Shown: in pieces, positions 45,114 through 55,802 of the stretch
How the letters are laid out: each line of letters starts with the position of its first letter
How positions within the stretch are numbered: position 1 is the first letter of the stretch
Assembly: GCA_963846045.1 (NCBI GenBank)
Contig: CAWJUL010000008.1
Location: forward strand, 41,334 to 105,333
Source of the DNA: Terriglobia bacterium
GTDB lineage: Bacteria; Acidobacteriota; Terriglobia; Bryobacterales; Bryobacteraceae
Direction: 5' to 3'
Length of the DNA: 64,000 bases
Notes under the pieces: model-generated
Seen by the model: only the letters and a program-made list of their open reading frames with translations
The model's database searches: none
Told to the model about the DNA's origin: nothing
Made by a program: the position numbers and the translations under genes

Positions 45114-46439
45114 CTAGGCGCGGACACCCTGTTCTGCGGAAGCCTCTTCGAAATCGCCCGCTTCGGTCTCGGCGTGCAGGCTGAAATCGAGGTTTCCCGC
45201 AGCATCGAAACTTACCTCAAAAGGATCCGACACCACCTTCACATTCGGCGCAAGAGTGCGAACCAAGTTCTCGCTGACTGCAAGATGAACTAATTCAAGC
45301 GTGTTTCGAATTCGGCAGTAGGTGACGTCTGCAACATCGTTCTTGCCAACCGTGGGAGCAATCGCGCTCAGCGCTTCCCGATCGCTCCGATAATGAATTG
45401 GTGTCCGGATGCAGGCAGGCGTGGATGCAGTCAACGAGTTGATGTAGGTCGGCTTCCAATCGATATCGTTGACCAGGCGATCGCTCACAACGTCGGCCAT
45501 GCCAAGTCCGACGCCGCTGTGGTACGTCAGATCGCTCAGCCCTCGCGCATAGATCCGGTGAACGACAGGCGTGTCTGGAAACGGATTGTAATGCCCGTTT
45601 ACACTGCGGTTGATCACCTTGGTATCCATACCGGCCCCGCTGATATTCTTGCCGATCTCATCCACAATGAGGATGTCCAACTCCGGGGCGGGCAGTTTAG
45701 CCATCCACGATTTCACTTCGGCCAGCAAAGATTCTTCGCGTGCAATCATGGCCTCCAGACCTTGCCCCGACGTCACCGCCGTCAATCTCGCCGTTTCATG
45801 GTGAGCGCCTTCTTGAATCGCAAGCCCGCCAAGAACCTTGCCGCTGGCGAACACTTTCGCGCCCACGCTGCGAATCATCTGCTCCAGTCCCAGGCGATAA
45901 GCGAACGTATGGTACTTGCGTGCACCGGCGAATTTGCCCAACCCGATCGCCATCATCTTGAACAATCCGCTTTCGAGCTTCCCTGTGAAATCCGTATGCC
46001 ACTTCACCCGGGCGACCAGAAATACGCCGTCGGCCTCATACGCGTTCTTATCCATGAAGGTCTCAATCCCCTCAGGAGTGGATCCAAGCGGCACAACGTC
46101 GAGGGAACTGCGGACCGGTACACCCATGGTTGCTTCGTGAATGCCATAGTGCATTAAAACATCGCTTTGGCCCTCGGCTGTGGCCGCTCCATGGCTTCCC
46201 ATTGCCGGAAAGATGAAAACCTCAAAGCCGTGCGCTTTCCAGAACTCCACCACGGACTTCACAATAATGGCGATATTAGAAATTCCACGGCTTCCCACTC
46301 CTATGCCGATTCGGCCGCCTTTCGGCATCCGCCCGACGAAATCGCCTGCTGCGAGTTCTCTGTGGATTTGGCCCGGGATATCGGAGATGGTGCGATTAGG
46401 AAACTGTTGCTCGGCGAGGACGATCCTCGGGAAATTCAT
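45114..46439 (-). CDS. LarA-like (lactate racemase N-terminal / DUF2088) domain protein
   Basis: ..IGIGVGSRGISNI..FIFPAMGSHGAATAEGQ..VKWHTDF.GKLESGLFKMMAIGLGK. recalled as characteristic of this family. Not verified by search. Confidence 0.5.
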   Translation of the reverse strand: MNFPRIVLAEQQFPNRTISDIPGQIHRELAAGDFVGRMPKGGRIGIGVGSRGISNIAIIVKSVVEFWKAHGFEVFIFPAMGSHGAATAEGQSDVLMHYGIHEATMGVPVRSSLDVVPLGSTPEGIETFMDKNAYEADGVFLVARVKWHTDFTGKLESGLFKMMAIGLGKFAGARKYHTFAYRLGLEQMIRSVGAKVFASGKVLGGLAIQEGAHHETARLTAVTSGQGLEAMIAREESLLAEVKSWMAKLPAPELDILIVDEIGKNISGAGMDTKVINRSVNGHYNPFPDTPVVHRIYARGLSDLTYHSGVGLGMADVVSDRLVNDIDWKPTYINSLTASTPACIRTPIHYRSDREALSAIAPTVGKNDVADVTYCRIRNTLELVHLAVSENLVRTLAPNVKVVSDPFEVSFDAAGNLDFSLHAETEAGDFEEASAEQGVRA

Positions 46440-46469
46440 GCTTCAAGAATACTGCGGCTCGCCCCTGTT

Positions 46470-47108
46470 TTAATCGCCGTCGACGGCATTATTCCAGCTT
46501 TGCTCCAGCAATAAGGCGTATTCACCAGATGCATAGAGATCGAACACGAATTCGCTGGGGTCCGGTCGATGCGAGGCGGCCTCACGCAACCGATATTCGT
46601 ACCACTGATCCAAGTGCCGGTGATATCGCCGGAGAAACTCGGGCCGGAAAGCGTCCACGCTTGGAAATTCCTGGAACACCGAGTGAAGTCCAATAGATCG
46701 CCGGAAAAGGGCACAGAAATCGAGCACACCCCAGCCTTCCAACTTGGCTCGTACGTGAGGAGGAACCTGTTGCACCAGCACGATTCCGAAGCTTTCCGGG
46801 CGAATGCGCACTTCAGGGAAGCGGCCTGAAGCGATAACAGTTTCCGCGCACTGCTCCATCCACCGGACCAAGTCCTTCCCTATGTAGAAGAGCATGCGCA
46901 ACTCTGCGTATCGGCCGCGCAGAAGTTGCTGATCCAAATCCTGGCTGTTCCCGGCTTCCGACGGCAAGAATCCTTGCAGCGTAAGACTAGCTCTCGAACT
47001 CTCCATTAACACGGATGTGTCTTCGGGTGCTGAGAACGGGTGCAGGATCAAAGGCGGCAATCGAAACGCAGAGGGAGTTTTAAGTCCGCTAGTCATCAAC
47101 GTGTTCAC
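46470..47108 (-). CDS. hypothetical protein (212 aa, cytoplasmic, no recognisable motif)
   Basis: The ORF fills the gap exactly, 30 nt upstream of the LarA-like gene on the same strand. Codon usage is consistent with the neighbours. Confidence 0.45.
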   Translation of the reverse strand: MNTLMTSGLKTPSAFRLPPLILHPFSAPEDTSVLMESSRASLTLQGFLPSEAGNSQDLDQQLLRGRYAELRMLFYIGKDLVRWMEQCAETVIASGRFPEVRIRPESFGIVLVQQVPPHVRAKLEGWGVLDFCALFRRSIGLHSVFQEFPSVDAFRPEFLRRYHRHLDQWYEYRLREAASHRPDPSEFVFDLYASGEYALLLEQSWNNAVDGD

Positions 47109-47271
47109 AGTTTCCGAATCGGTTCAGGACCACACAACTGGGATCGCGGCGGAAGCCATCGCACCCTGTTTACGTATCGACGCCACGCGTCGTTCCAATT
47201 AGACCCGTTTCCCGAAAACGGGCGTCCCCATTATGTCCCACATTTGCGGCCTGCGCTATTGGCCAGAGGGA

Positions 47272-48201
47272 CTACGGCGCCACTCTGGCCGCCACTCCAG
47301 GCGGCGTCCCATTCACTCGCGCCAATTCCATCTTGATCAGCGTGTCTATAGATGCCCAAGGAATCGCACCGTCGACCGGTCGTCCGTCTATGTAGAAGGT
47401 CGGGGTCCTGGCAATCATCAGATTGTTCCCTTCCGCCACGTCTTTCTTTATCTGCCCGGCTGTCGCATGGGTTTCCATGCAGGAGCGGACCTTCGCTGCA
47501 TCTACCTTTTGTCCTTCGGCGAGCTTAGCTGCCGTATCCAGCAGATATGCCGGAAATTCCGCTTTCTTTTCCTTGTACTCGCTGTCCACCGCGCTCTGAT
47601 GATCGAACATCCAGTCGTGGTACGCCCAATAAGCGCCCATGCTTTGTTGCGCCATACAGGCCCCCGCTTCGGCGGCCGCCCGAGCCCACGGATGAATGGT
47701 GTCGATTGGATAATTCTTCACCACCACCCGCACATCCTTGGGATATTTCTGCGGAATGTTCGCGCGTAGGCTCTTCGCAAGCTGTTGGCAGTAGGGACAC
47801 TCGAAGTCGCTAAAGACGATGATGGTCACCTTCGCATCCGCGACCCCGAACGCCGGGCCATCGGCGTTCAGCCGGGTCAAGTTATCAGCGAAAGGCGATT
47901 CGTTCATGAACCACAATGCACCATTGATAAGCTTCTGCCCGTCCGCCGAGACATAGTACGTCTTGTCTTCCTTTTGTGATCCAAGCACGAGGTGAACGTT
48001 TAGGCGGTAGAATCCCGGAAACGGGCTTGCGGCCGCATCATCCACCACAACTTTCACGTTCGGAGTGATACCTTCTGCGTAACGCAGAAAGGATTCCACC
48101 TTCGCCTTGTCCAGTTTCGGACCGGCATCGTCGCACTCAGCAGCCGGTGAGGCGGCCAAAAAAATCACCGCCGCGGACGCCAGTGCCAAAACTCTTCCCA
48201 T
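47272..48201 (-). CDS. DsbA-family thiol:disulfide oxidoreductase with an N-terminal accessory domain
   Basis: Signal peptide. Thioredoxin-fold active site FSDFECPYCQ. Confidence 0.75.
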   Translation of the reverse strand: MGRVLALASAAVIFLAASPAAECDDAGPKLDKAKVESFLRYAEGITPNVKVVVDDAAASPFPGFYRLNVHLVLGSQKEDKTYYVSADGQKLINGALWFMNESPFADNLTRLNADGPAFGVADAKVTIIVFSDFECPYCQQLAKSLRANIPQKYPKDVRVVVKNYPIDTIHPWARAAAEAGACMAQQSMGAYWAYHDWMFDHQSAVDSEYKEKKAEFPAYLLDTAAKLAEGQKVDAAKVRSCMETHATAGQIKKDVAEGNNLMIARTPTFYIDGRPVDGAIPWASIDTLIKMELARVNGTPPGVAARVAP

Positions 48202-48240
48202 TCCTTCAGTTTACGTGGCAGTGGCAGTGGATACTGTGTA

Positions 48241-49711
48241 TTGTCCCGGCTGCCACGTCTTCTTCCGCTTGCCACTATTGCGTTGGCAACCGCCAGCCTG
48301 TACCTGTTCGATCTGAGCGGCGTGGGCGTCCTTCAGACCGATGAGCCGCGCTATTTGGCGGTCGGAGAAGCGATGTCTCGGTCGGGAGATTGGATCACGC
48401 CCAGGCTCTGGGGTTCGCCCTGGTTCGAAAAGCCCCCGCTGCTCTATTGGTTGACCGCTTTGGGAGACCGCGCCGGGCTGGGGCCGGAAATGGCGGGCAG
48501 ATTGCCAGTCGCAGTGTTCAGCCTGCTGTTTCTCTGCGCCGCTTACGTGTTATTGAGAGGTGAATTCAGCCGGCAAACTGCCGCAATCTCGATCGCACTA
48601 CTCGCCACCTCCGCCGGATGGCTGACTTACAGTCAACTCGCGTTGACAGATCTGCTGTTGGCGTCCCTCTTTTCGCTTTCTGTATTCCTGGCGTTACCGT
48701 TGTTACGGCAGGAGCCCGTAGAATCCGGCCTGGCAACCCGTTTCCTGCTGATTGGAGCGCTTTTGGGCTTGGCAATTTTAGCCAAAGGTCTCGTACCGCT
48801 TGTTCTGGCACTTCCTTTTTTCTGGTTTCTAGGCCGGTTTTGGCGCAAGTGGTGGCTGGCCATTGTAGCCGCTAGCGTTGTCGCCGTATCCCTTGGTATG
48901 CAATAGTTTACGCGCGAAACGGCTAATGTTTTTCGTGAGGAGTTTTTCCTGAAACATCACCTCCAGCGTCTCTACTCCGCTTCTCTCCAGCACGTCCAGC
49001 CCTGGTATTACTATTTGCCCGTCCTGCTCGCCGGTCTCTTCCCTTGGACGCCCTTGCTCGGGCTGTTGTTTACTAGGTCTACGCCATGGGATCGTCGTCA
49101 CCGCTTTCTCCTGGCCATTATTCTTTTCGGGATTCGCTTTTTTCAGCCTGTCTCTCAACAAGCTGCCCGGCTATCTGCTTCCGCTGATTCCTTCGTTGTT
49201 CGTGCTTGTGTCAGTGCAATTTGAGACAGAACTCTCTGGTGCAGGTTTCGCGTTGGTGGCTGGTTCCATCCGCCTGTTTGATCGCGACTCATTCCTCTCT
49301 TAGCTTCGGTCCTCCCGGCATCTCTTGCCGCGGGACGCCTTTCTTTGGCCGTTGTTCACATGACGCGCACCGAGTGGTTTTACATTTTCGTCCCTTTGGC
49401 CGTAGTTGCGACTCTCGCGCCGCCGTTGGGCTGGACCCTTGCTCGTTCTCTGTGTGGTGCTCGGGGGCCTGTATTTGAAGCTGGAGCTTTTCCCGGTGCT
49501 CGACCAACTCGCTTCTGCACGCGGTTTATGGCACAGAATACAGGGTCGCTCTGGGGTTCTGTGTGACGGGGGCACGAACCGCGAATGGCTTTACGGATTA
49601 GAGTTTTACCGTGGCAAGACCATCCCGATTTGTGCACCTGGACAGGGTTTTCGGTTCCAGATTCGTTCGTCCGGTCACTCACCTCCTCAGGTGGTGCCGT
49701 TCTCGCAATGA
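48241..49711 (+). pseudogene. GT39/ArnT-like (PMT_2) glycosyltransferase, reading frame broken at least 4 times
   Basis: DEPRYLAVGEAMSRSGDWITPRLWGSPWFEKPPLLYW.. The conserved sequence then continues through shifted frames: ..PWYAIVYARNG | NVFREEFFLKHHLQRL..QPWYYYLPVLLAGLFPWTPLL | ..FFSLSLNKLPGYLLPLIPSLFVL | ... Confidence 0.75.
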
Positions 49712-49766
49712 CCTGGATATAGTGAAGGGACCAAACATTAAAATAGGTTAAACGTCAACCAAAACG

Positions 49767-50752
49767 ATGAATCAACTCAAGCCGTTGGGCAACAGCGATC
49801 TCGATGATAACGCCGCTTGGAGTCGGGGCATGGGCTATGGGTGGCTCAGGCTGGAAGTTCAGTTGGGGCGAACAGGATGACAACGATTCAATAGCAGCCA
49901 TCCACGCCGCTCTCGATGCCGGGCTGAATTGGATCGATACAGCCGCCGTATACGGTCTCGGGACATTCTGAAGAGATCGTGGGCAGAGCCGTTCATGGCA
50001 TGTCGAACAAGCCGTTCCTTTTCACGAAATGTGAACGCCGGTGGAACGATAACGGTGAGATCTATCCTTCCTTGAAGGCCGCTTCGATTCGGCAGGAGTG
50101 CGAAAACAGCCTGCGGCGGCTGCGCGTCGATATGATCGACCTGTATCAAATGCATTGGCCGGAGCCTGACGCCGACATCGAAGAAGGCTGGACTGAGATG
50201 GCTCGCTTGCGCGAAGAGGGTAAGGTTCGCTGGATTGGCGTTTCAAACTTCAGCGTGCCCCAAATGAAACGCGCTATGGACATTGCGCCAATTACCTCAT
50301 TGCAGCCGCCCTACTCGCTTCTGGTGCGCAAGGCCGAGACCGAAATTCTTCCGTTCGCGCGTGCAAACAATATCGGCATTCTCGTGTACTCACCAATGCG
50401 CGGGGGGCTCCTCACCGGAAAGATGACAAAAGAACGCGCGCAAGGATTGGGTGACGACGATTGGCGCAGGCGCGACAAAGATTTCCAGGAGCCGCAACTC
50501 AGCCGCAATCTGGAATTGGTTCAAGTTCTCAAAGAGATCGGCCAGCGTCACGGCCATTCACCCGGGGAAGTCGCGCTCGCCTGGACGCTCCACAATCCGG
50601 CCGTAACAGCGGCCATTGTAGGTTTGCGGCGTCCCGATCAAGTAAATGGCACGGTAGGCGCACTGACGTTTCGGCTCAGCCATACGGAAGTAGCTGAAAT
50701 CGAATCTTTCCTCCAATCGCAACATCAGGGTGCCATGGCATCGGCAGGCTAA
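49767..50752 (+). pseudogene. aldo/keto reductase, two single-base insertions near the 5' end
   Basis: MNQLKPLGNSDL | MITPLGVGAWAMGGSGWKFSWG...AAVYGLG | HSEEIVGRAV..DLYQMHWP. An extra G at 49803 and an extra A at 49963 would explain both shifts. Confidence 0.8.
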
Positions 50753-50759
50753 ACCAAGG

Positions 50760-51449
50760 CTAAACCAGCAAATTCGGATCGAGTTCCGCCAGCGACTGCA
50801 CAAGCACATCCGGCTTCGACCGAGCCAGTTCGTCCGCTGACGTAAGTCCAGACGCCACCGCGATAGCCTGAAATCCGTTCGCACGTGCCGCTTCAATATC
50901 GTTCATGTGATCTCCGATCAGACTGATCCGCGCAGCGCCGCCGATCATGCCCGCCTCCAACGCGCGCGCACTTGCGATCTTCGCCAGCCGTGTTCGCGTC
51001 GACCCGTCTTCCGCGAAGGCGCCGGTTGCGAAGTAGTCGCGCAAACCAGCCAACTCTAGTTTCTTCAAGGCGATCGCGCTTAGATTGCCGGTCACCAGGC
51101 CCATTGCCGCTTCCCTCTGCTTGAGTTCAGACAGAATCTTACGAACACCCGGGCAAACGGCGTCGGTCAGGTCCCCTGGGCAGTTCGCGCCGTACGCGCT
51201 TTGGCATGCGTTCAGGATGTCGGCCAGAGCGGCCTCCGGCCCGCGTACCGCCATATCCGGCTTGCGACAGCATATGAAGTATCAGATCTCCGTCCAACAT
51301 GCCCGACAGTCGGTACGCCGTTCAGATGTGTTTCGAGTCCCGGTGACTTGGCGAATGCCGTCGATCAGCGCTTGCTTATGATGCGGGCCTGCGCCGCGCA
51401 GCAAAGTGCCGTCGATATCGAACAGCACCAGACATTTCGATAGCGGCAA
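50760..51449 (-). pseudogene. HAD-family hydrolase (phosphoglycolate phosphatase-like), about 3 frame breaks in the N-terminal third
   Basis: LVLFDIDGTLLRG.. | ..LETHLNGVPTVG | MLDGDLILHMLSQAG | (M)AVRGPEAALADIL...VTGN...IGDHMNDIEAA. The breaks are near 51338, 51301 and 51255. Confidence 0.7.
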
Positions 51450-51462
51450 TGGTTAGTCCGCC

Positions 51463-52293
51463 CTACTTCAGTCTGGGCAAAATGCCGGTAAGCAGTTTCG
51501 TGAATGTGCCTGCGACGCGGCGGCCAATCTCAAGCACCTCCTCATGATTCAGCTTTTCTCCGCTGAGGCCCGCAGCCTGGTTTGTGACGCAAGAAATGCC
51601 CAGTACCTCCATTCCGGCGTGATTCGCTGCGATTGTTTCAAGCACTGTAGACATCCCGACCAGATCGGCGCCAATCGTTCTAAGAAATCGAATTTCGGCA
51701 GGAGTTTCGTAGCTCGGGCCCAGCATCGCAGCGTAAACGCCTTCGTGAACCGTGATGCCAAACTCATCCGCAACTGCGTGCGCAATTTCCCGCAGTTCGG
51801 CCGAGTAGGCCTCCGTCATATCCGGAAAACGCGGGCTCAGGCTGGCGTCGTTCGGTCCAACAAGCGGATTCGCACCCTGCAAATTGATGTGATCGGAAAT
51901 GAGAACCAAAGCGCCTTTTACGTAAGCCGGGTTGATGCCGCCGGCGGCATTGGTCAGCACTACTCGATCCACTCCCAATTCGCTCAGTAGGCGTATGCCC
52001 GCCGTGACTTCCCGCGCCGAATAGCCCTCATAAAGATGGAATCGTCCCGACATCAATGCGACGTCTACAGCGGCTTTGCCATTCGCCCCCTGCGTTCCCA
52101 CGATGAACTGGCCTGCATGCCCGACCGCCGTGGAAATCGGCAGCCCCGGAAGTTCGCCGTACGGAATGCGCACGGAATGAAGTAAAGCATCGGCAAACGC
52201 GCCTAGTCCGCTTCCGAGCACCACACCGACTCTCGGGCGAATAGACGTCTTCGCACGAATGAACTCGGCGGCCTGCTTCATACTTCCGTCCAT
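51463..52293 (-). CDS. punA: purine nucleoside phosphorylase (PunA/trimeric type)
   Basis: VLGSGLG, MSGRFHLYEGY, LTNAAGG and VGMSTVLE. Confidence 0.9.
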   Translation of the reverse strand: MDGSMKQAAEFIRAKTSIRPRVGVVLGSGLGAFADALLHSVRIPYGELPGLPISTAVGHAGQFIVGTQGANGKAAVDVALMSGRFHLYEGYSAREVTAGIRLLSELGVDRVVLTNAAGGINPAYVKGALVLISDHINLQGANPLVGPNDASLSPRFPDMTEAYSAELREIAHAVADEFGITVHEGVYAAMLGPSYETPAEIRFLRTIGADLVGMSTVLETIAANHAGMEVLGISCVTNQAAGLSGEKLNHEEVLEIGRRVAGTFTKLLTGILPRLK

Positions 52294-52304
52294 GCCTCAG
52301 TACC

Positions 52305-53526
52305 TCAAAGCAATATTCCCGCGATCGCTGCCGACATGAAGTTCGCCAACGTGCCGACAAACATCGCTTTCAAACCCAATCTGGCTAAATCGGATTTTCG
52401 CGAAGGAGCCAGCGCGCCAATCCCGCCAATCTGAATTGCAATCGAGCTCAGATTTGCGAATCCGCACAGCGCGAAAGTAGCAATGATGAACGATCGATGC
52501 TGCAGTGTATCGCCAATCTTGCCGAGATCGACAAACGCCACGAACTCATTCAGCACCATTCGCGTGCCGAGCAGATTGCCTACCGTTGCGCAATCGTTCC
52601 AACTCACTCCCAAAGCCCAGGCGATCGGCGCAAAGACGATCGCAAGGATACTTTGCAGAGATGGCGGAATCCAATGCGCGAAACTGTGTACCCAGCCCAG
52701 CGCTCCATTAATCATCGCGATCAAAGCCAAAAACGCAATCAGCATCCCGGCGATATTCAGTGCCAGGTGCAGACCGTCTCCCGCGCCCCGCGTGCGGCTG
52801 CATCGATAACGTTCACGCCTTGTTTCTCCACTTCCACTTGAACGGTCCCCGCGGTAAGCGGTTTGCCAGTCTCCGGCACGAACATCTTCGCCAGCATAAT
52901 GGTCGCCGGCGCGGTCATGATCACAGCCGTCAATAGATGCGTGATGGAGACGTGCGCAATAGCAACATACGCCGCCATAACCGCGCCCGACACGTGCGCC
53001 ATTCCGCTCACCATCACCGTGAAGAGTTCCGATTCCGTCAAGCTCTCGAGAAATGGCCGGATCGTTACGGGCGCTTCAGTCTGCCCCATCACGATACTCG
53101 CCGCAACACATGTCGATTCCGCCCCGCTCGTTCCCATAAACTTTTGCATGAAAACAGCCATGCCCTTCACGAAGACCTGCATCACGCCCAGGTAATACAG
53201 AATCGCGAAGAAGGAACAGATGAAGATGACAATCGGCAGCACCTGGAACGCGAAGATCACGCCGAACTCTTTCGTGTTCTGTCCCAGCTTATCTCCAAAA
53301 ACGAAGCTGGATCCGGCAACGGTGTAGTTCAGCAGTGCATTGACAAACAGGCTGATGCCATAGAAAATCCGCCCACCTGCGTTTTCAGGACCAGGAATGC
53401 GAAGAAGAACTGCAGAGTCAAGCCCCACATCACGATCCGCTTCTGGATTGCGGAACGGTTTGCCGAGAAAAGATAGGCGCAGATGACGATAGAAACCAGG
53501 CCGACTAGCCCGTCCAATCTCGCCAT
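52305..53526 (-). pseudogene. nupC: NupC/CNT-family nucleoside transporter split into three ORFs by two frame breaks
   Basis: ORFs 53329-53526, 52757-53428 and 52305-52745 together read as one colinear CNT transporter (..FAFLVLKT.., ..SIVMGQTEAP.., ..LCGFANLSSI..). Confidence 0.8.
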
Positions 53527-53539
53527 CTAAATCGACTTC

Positions 53540-54844
53540 TTAGCTGACCACTTCCAGAATCAGATCGCGCTCTTCAACTGGCTGCTGTGAGATACGGAAG
53601 GCATCCTCCACCAATTCAGCAGCCTCTTCCAGATGTTCGTCGCCTGTGTAGTAAATACGGCAAAGGATACTGCCTGGATCGATCTTCTGTCCCACCTTAA
53701 CCTCGAGGATCACGCCTACCGCCGGATCGATCGAATCTTCCTTTGTATTTCGCCCGGCTCCAATCAGCGACGATGCTTGGCCGATAGACTCCGCGTCGAT
53801 CGCGCTCACGTACCCGCCGCGGCTGGTTGTGATCTCCTGTGCGCCGGTCGCATTCGGCAGCAGTTCGAAGCGGTCCAGTACTCGCGGGTCTCCGCCTTGC
53901 GCCTCGATGACGTCCTTGAGCTTGCGATAACCGGAGCCATCGAGCAAGCTTGCTTGCGCCGTCTCGCGCGCTTCGTCCAGCGTTTTCGTGATCTTCCCCA
54001 GGTGGATCATGCGCGCCGCCAGTTCCAGTGAGATCCGTGTGAGATCGGCCGGCCCAACGTTCTGCAGCGTTTGCGAGACTTCCATTACTTCCAGCGCATT
54101 CCCGATGGCGTATCCAAGCGGCTGGTTCATATCCGTGATCAGCGCTTGAACACGCTTATCTAAGCGCCGCCCGATACCAACCATCATCTGCGCAAGCCGA
54201 CGTGCTTCCACCTGCTTCTTCATGAACGCGCCAGACCCCACCTTCACGTCCAGCACCAGCGCGTCCAGGCTGACGGCCAATTTCTTGGACATGATCGACG
54301 ACGCAATCAGGGGAATCGATTCCACGGTCGCAGTCGCATCGCGCAGCGAGTAAAGCTTCCCGTCTGCGGGAGCGATCTCCTCCGTTTGTCCGATAAACGC
54401 CAGCCCGTGCTGGGCCAAAAGGGTCCGGAACTCCTCGATTGTCAGATCGGTCCGAAACCCTGGAATGGATTCCAGTTTGTCCAGCGTCCCACCGGTGTGC
54501 CCCAGCGCCCGTCCGGAGATCATGGGTACAATGACACCCGCCGCTGCCGCAATCGGGGCGGCAATCAAGCTGGTTTTGTCGCCGACTCCGCCTGTCGAGT
54601 GCTTGTCGACTTTAACGCCGGGGATCGAGGATAGATCGACGATCGACCCCGAGTTCATCATTGCCTCGGTCATCGCACTTACTTCGCGGTCCGTCATGCC
54701 CGAGAAGCAAGTCGCCATCAGAAACGCGGACATTTGATAGTCGGGTATGTCGCTGCGCGTGTAGCCTTCAATCAGATATTGAATCTCTTCCGGGGTGAGT
54801 TCCTCCGCATCTCTTTTGCGATGAATGAGGTCGACTGTACGCAT
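53540..54844 (-). CDS. deoA: thymidine/pyrimidine-nucleoside phosphorylase
   Basis: Motifs VDKHSTGGVGDKTSL, SGRALGHTGGTLDKLE and SIMSKK. Confidence 0.9.
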   Translation of the reverse strand: MRTVDLIHRKRDAEELTPEEIQYLIEGYTRSDIPDYQMSAFLMATCFSGMTDREVSAMTEAMMNSGSIVDLSSIPGVKVDKHSTGGVGDKTSLIAAPIAAAAGVIVPMISGRALGHTGGTLDKLESIPGFRTDLTIEEFRTLLAQHGLAFIGQTEEIAPADGKLYSLRDATATVESIPLIASSIMSKKLAVSLDALVLDVKVGSGAFMKKQVEARRLAQMMVGIGRRLDKRVQALITDMNQPLGYAIGNALEVMEVSQTLQNVGPADLTRISLELAARMIHLGKITKTLDEARETAQASLLDGSGYRKLKDVIEAQGGDPRVLDRFELLPNATGAQEITTSRGGYVSAIDAESIGQASSLIGAGRNTKEDSIDPAVGVILEVKVGQKIDPGSILCRIYYTGDEHLEEAAELVEDAFRISQQPVEERDLILEVVS

Positions 54845-54947
54845 TTTTGAATTCTAAGCGTAACATCCCGAAGGTTTTGCACAGTCGGCCACGCTCCGCC
54901 CCAGGGAATGCGGGACTCCGCGATTTCTACTGGGCCTGTTGGTGCGA

Positions 54948-55802
54948 TTAGGCACTGGCGCTCAAAGGCGTTAGGTCGCCTGTGAGCAAACGGCCTAAGT
55001 CGCCCGCAGCGATTCGAACACCAACATAGAAGCTGCCGAAAAGAGCGTAAACGGCGCTTACTTCATCGAACCTCATCTCGTAGATCAGCTTCTTGAACAC
55101 AAGCGCGTCGTCGGCGAACAAATCTACCCCCCACTCCCAATCGTCAAATCCGATGGACCCTGAGATGATCTGTCGGACGGAATCCGCGTAGCGCCGCCCC
55201 ACCATCCCGTGCTCATGCATCAAGCGCTGCCGCTCCGGCATCGGGACCGTGTACCAGTTCTTCTGTTCATCCCGTTTCCGGTCCATCGGATAGAAGCAGA
55301 TGTACTTGGAACGGGGAATCTCTGGATATAAACGCGGCGACATCGCCGAAGACTGCCGCGCAATCACCTCCTTCATGCCGGCGTTCCACTCTGGCGAATG
55401 CGGTTCCAATCCGGCTTCGGTAAAGGCCGAATACGTCTTCGCGGACGACTCGTAGAGCCCGAGTTCTACCACCGACACATACGAATGCACGGGTTCAAGG
55501 TAATCCGAAATCCGCAAACGTTGTATTTCCAGCTCAGCTCGATTCAGGTCCTCCAGCGCATCCCGAAAATGCACCAACATGACATCTGCTTTATGCCCAA
55601 TCATCGAGTACGCTGCTGTCTGGTTCGGATGACCCGCGTTCGCGGATTGTTCCATTGCCGCCAGAACCTGCTGCGCGTCCTTCACCATGCTGCTCCGTTG
55701 TGACTCCGGCAGCTCACGCCAGGCGCCGCGGCGGAGGCGAAACATTTGGTGCAGTATCCATGAGCCTTCGAGCGTCAGCGGTACTGCCGGAAAATCAGCC
55801 AT
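54948..55802 (-). CDS. hemQ: chlorite dismutase family protein (coproheme decarboxylase HemQ/ChdC-like)
   Basis: YICFYPMDRKR..NWY, LMHEHGMVGRRY and GSIGFDDWEWGVDLFADD..KKLIYEMRFDE.SA.YA.FG.FYVG. Confidence 0.8.
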   Translation of the reverse strand: MADFPAVPLTLEGSWILHQMFRLRRGAWRELPESQRSSMVKDAQQVLAAMEQSANAGHPNQTAAYSMIGHKADVMLVHFRDALEDLNRAELEIQRLRISDYLEPVHSYVSVVELGLYESSAKTYSAFTEAGLEPHSPEWNAGMKEVIARQSSAMSPRLYPEIPRSKYICFYPMDRKRDEQKNWYTVPMPERQRLMHEHGMVGRRYADSVRQIISGSIGFDDWEWGVDLFADDALVFKKLIYEMRFDEVSAVYALFGSFYVGVRIAAGDLGRLLTGDLTPLSASA

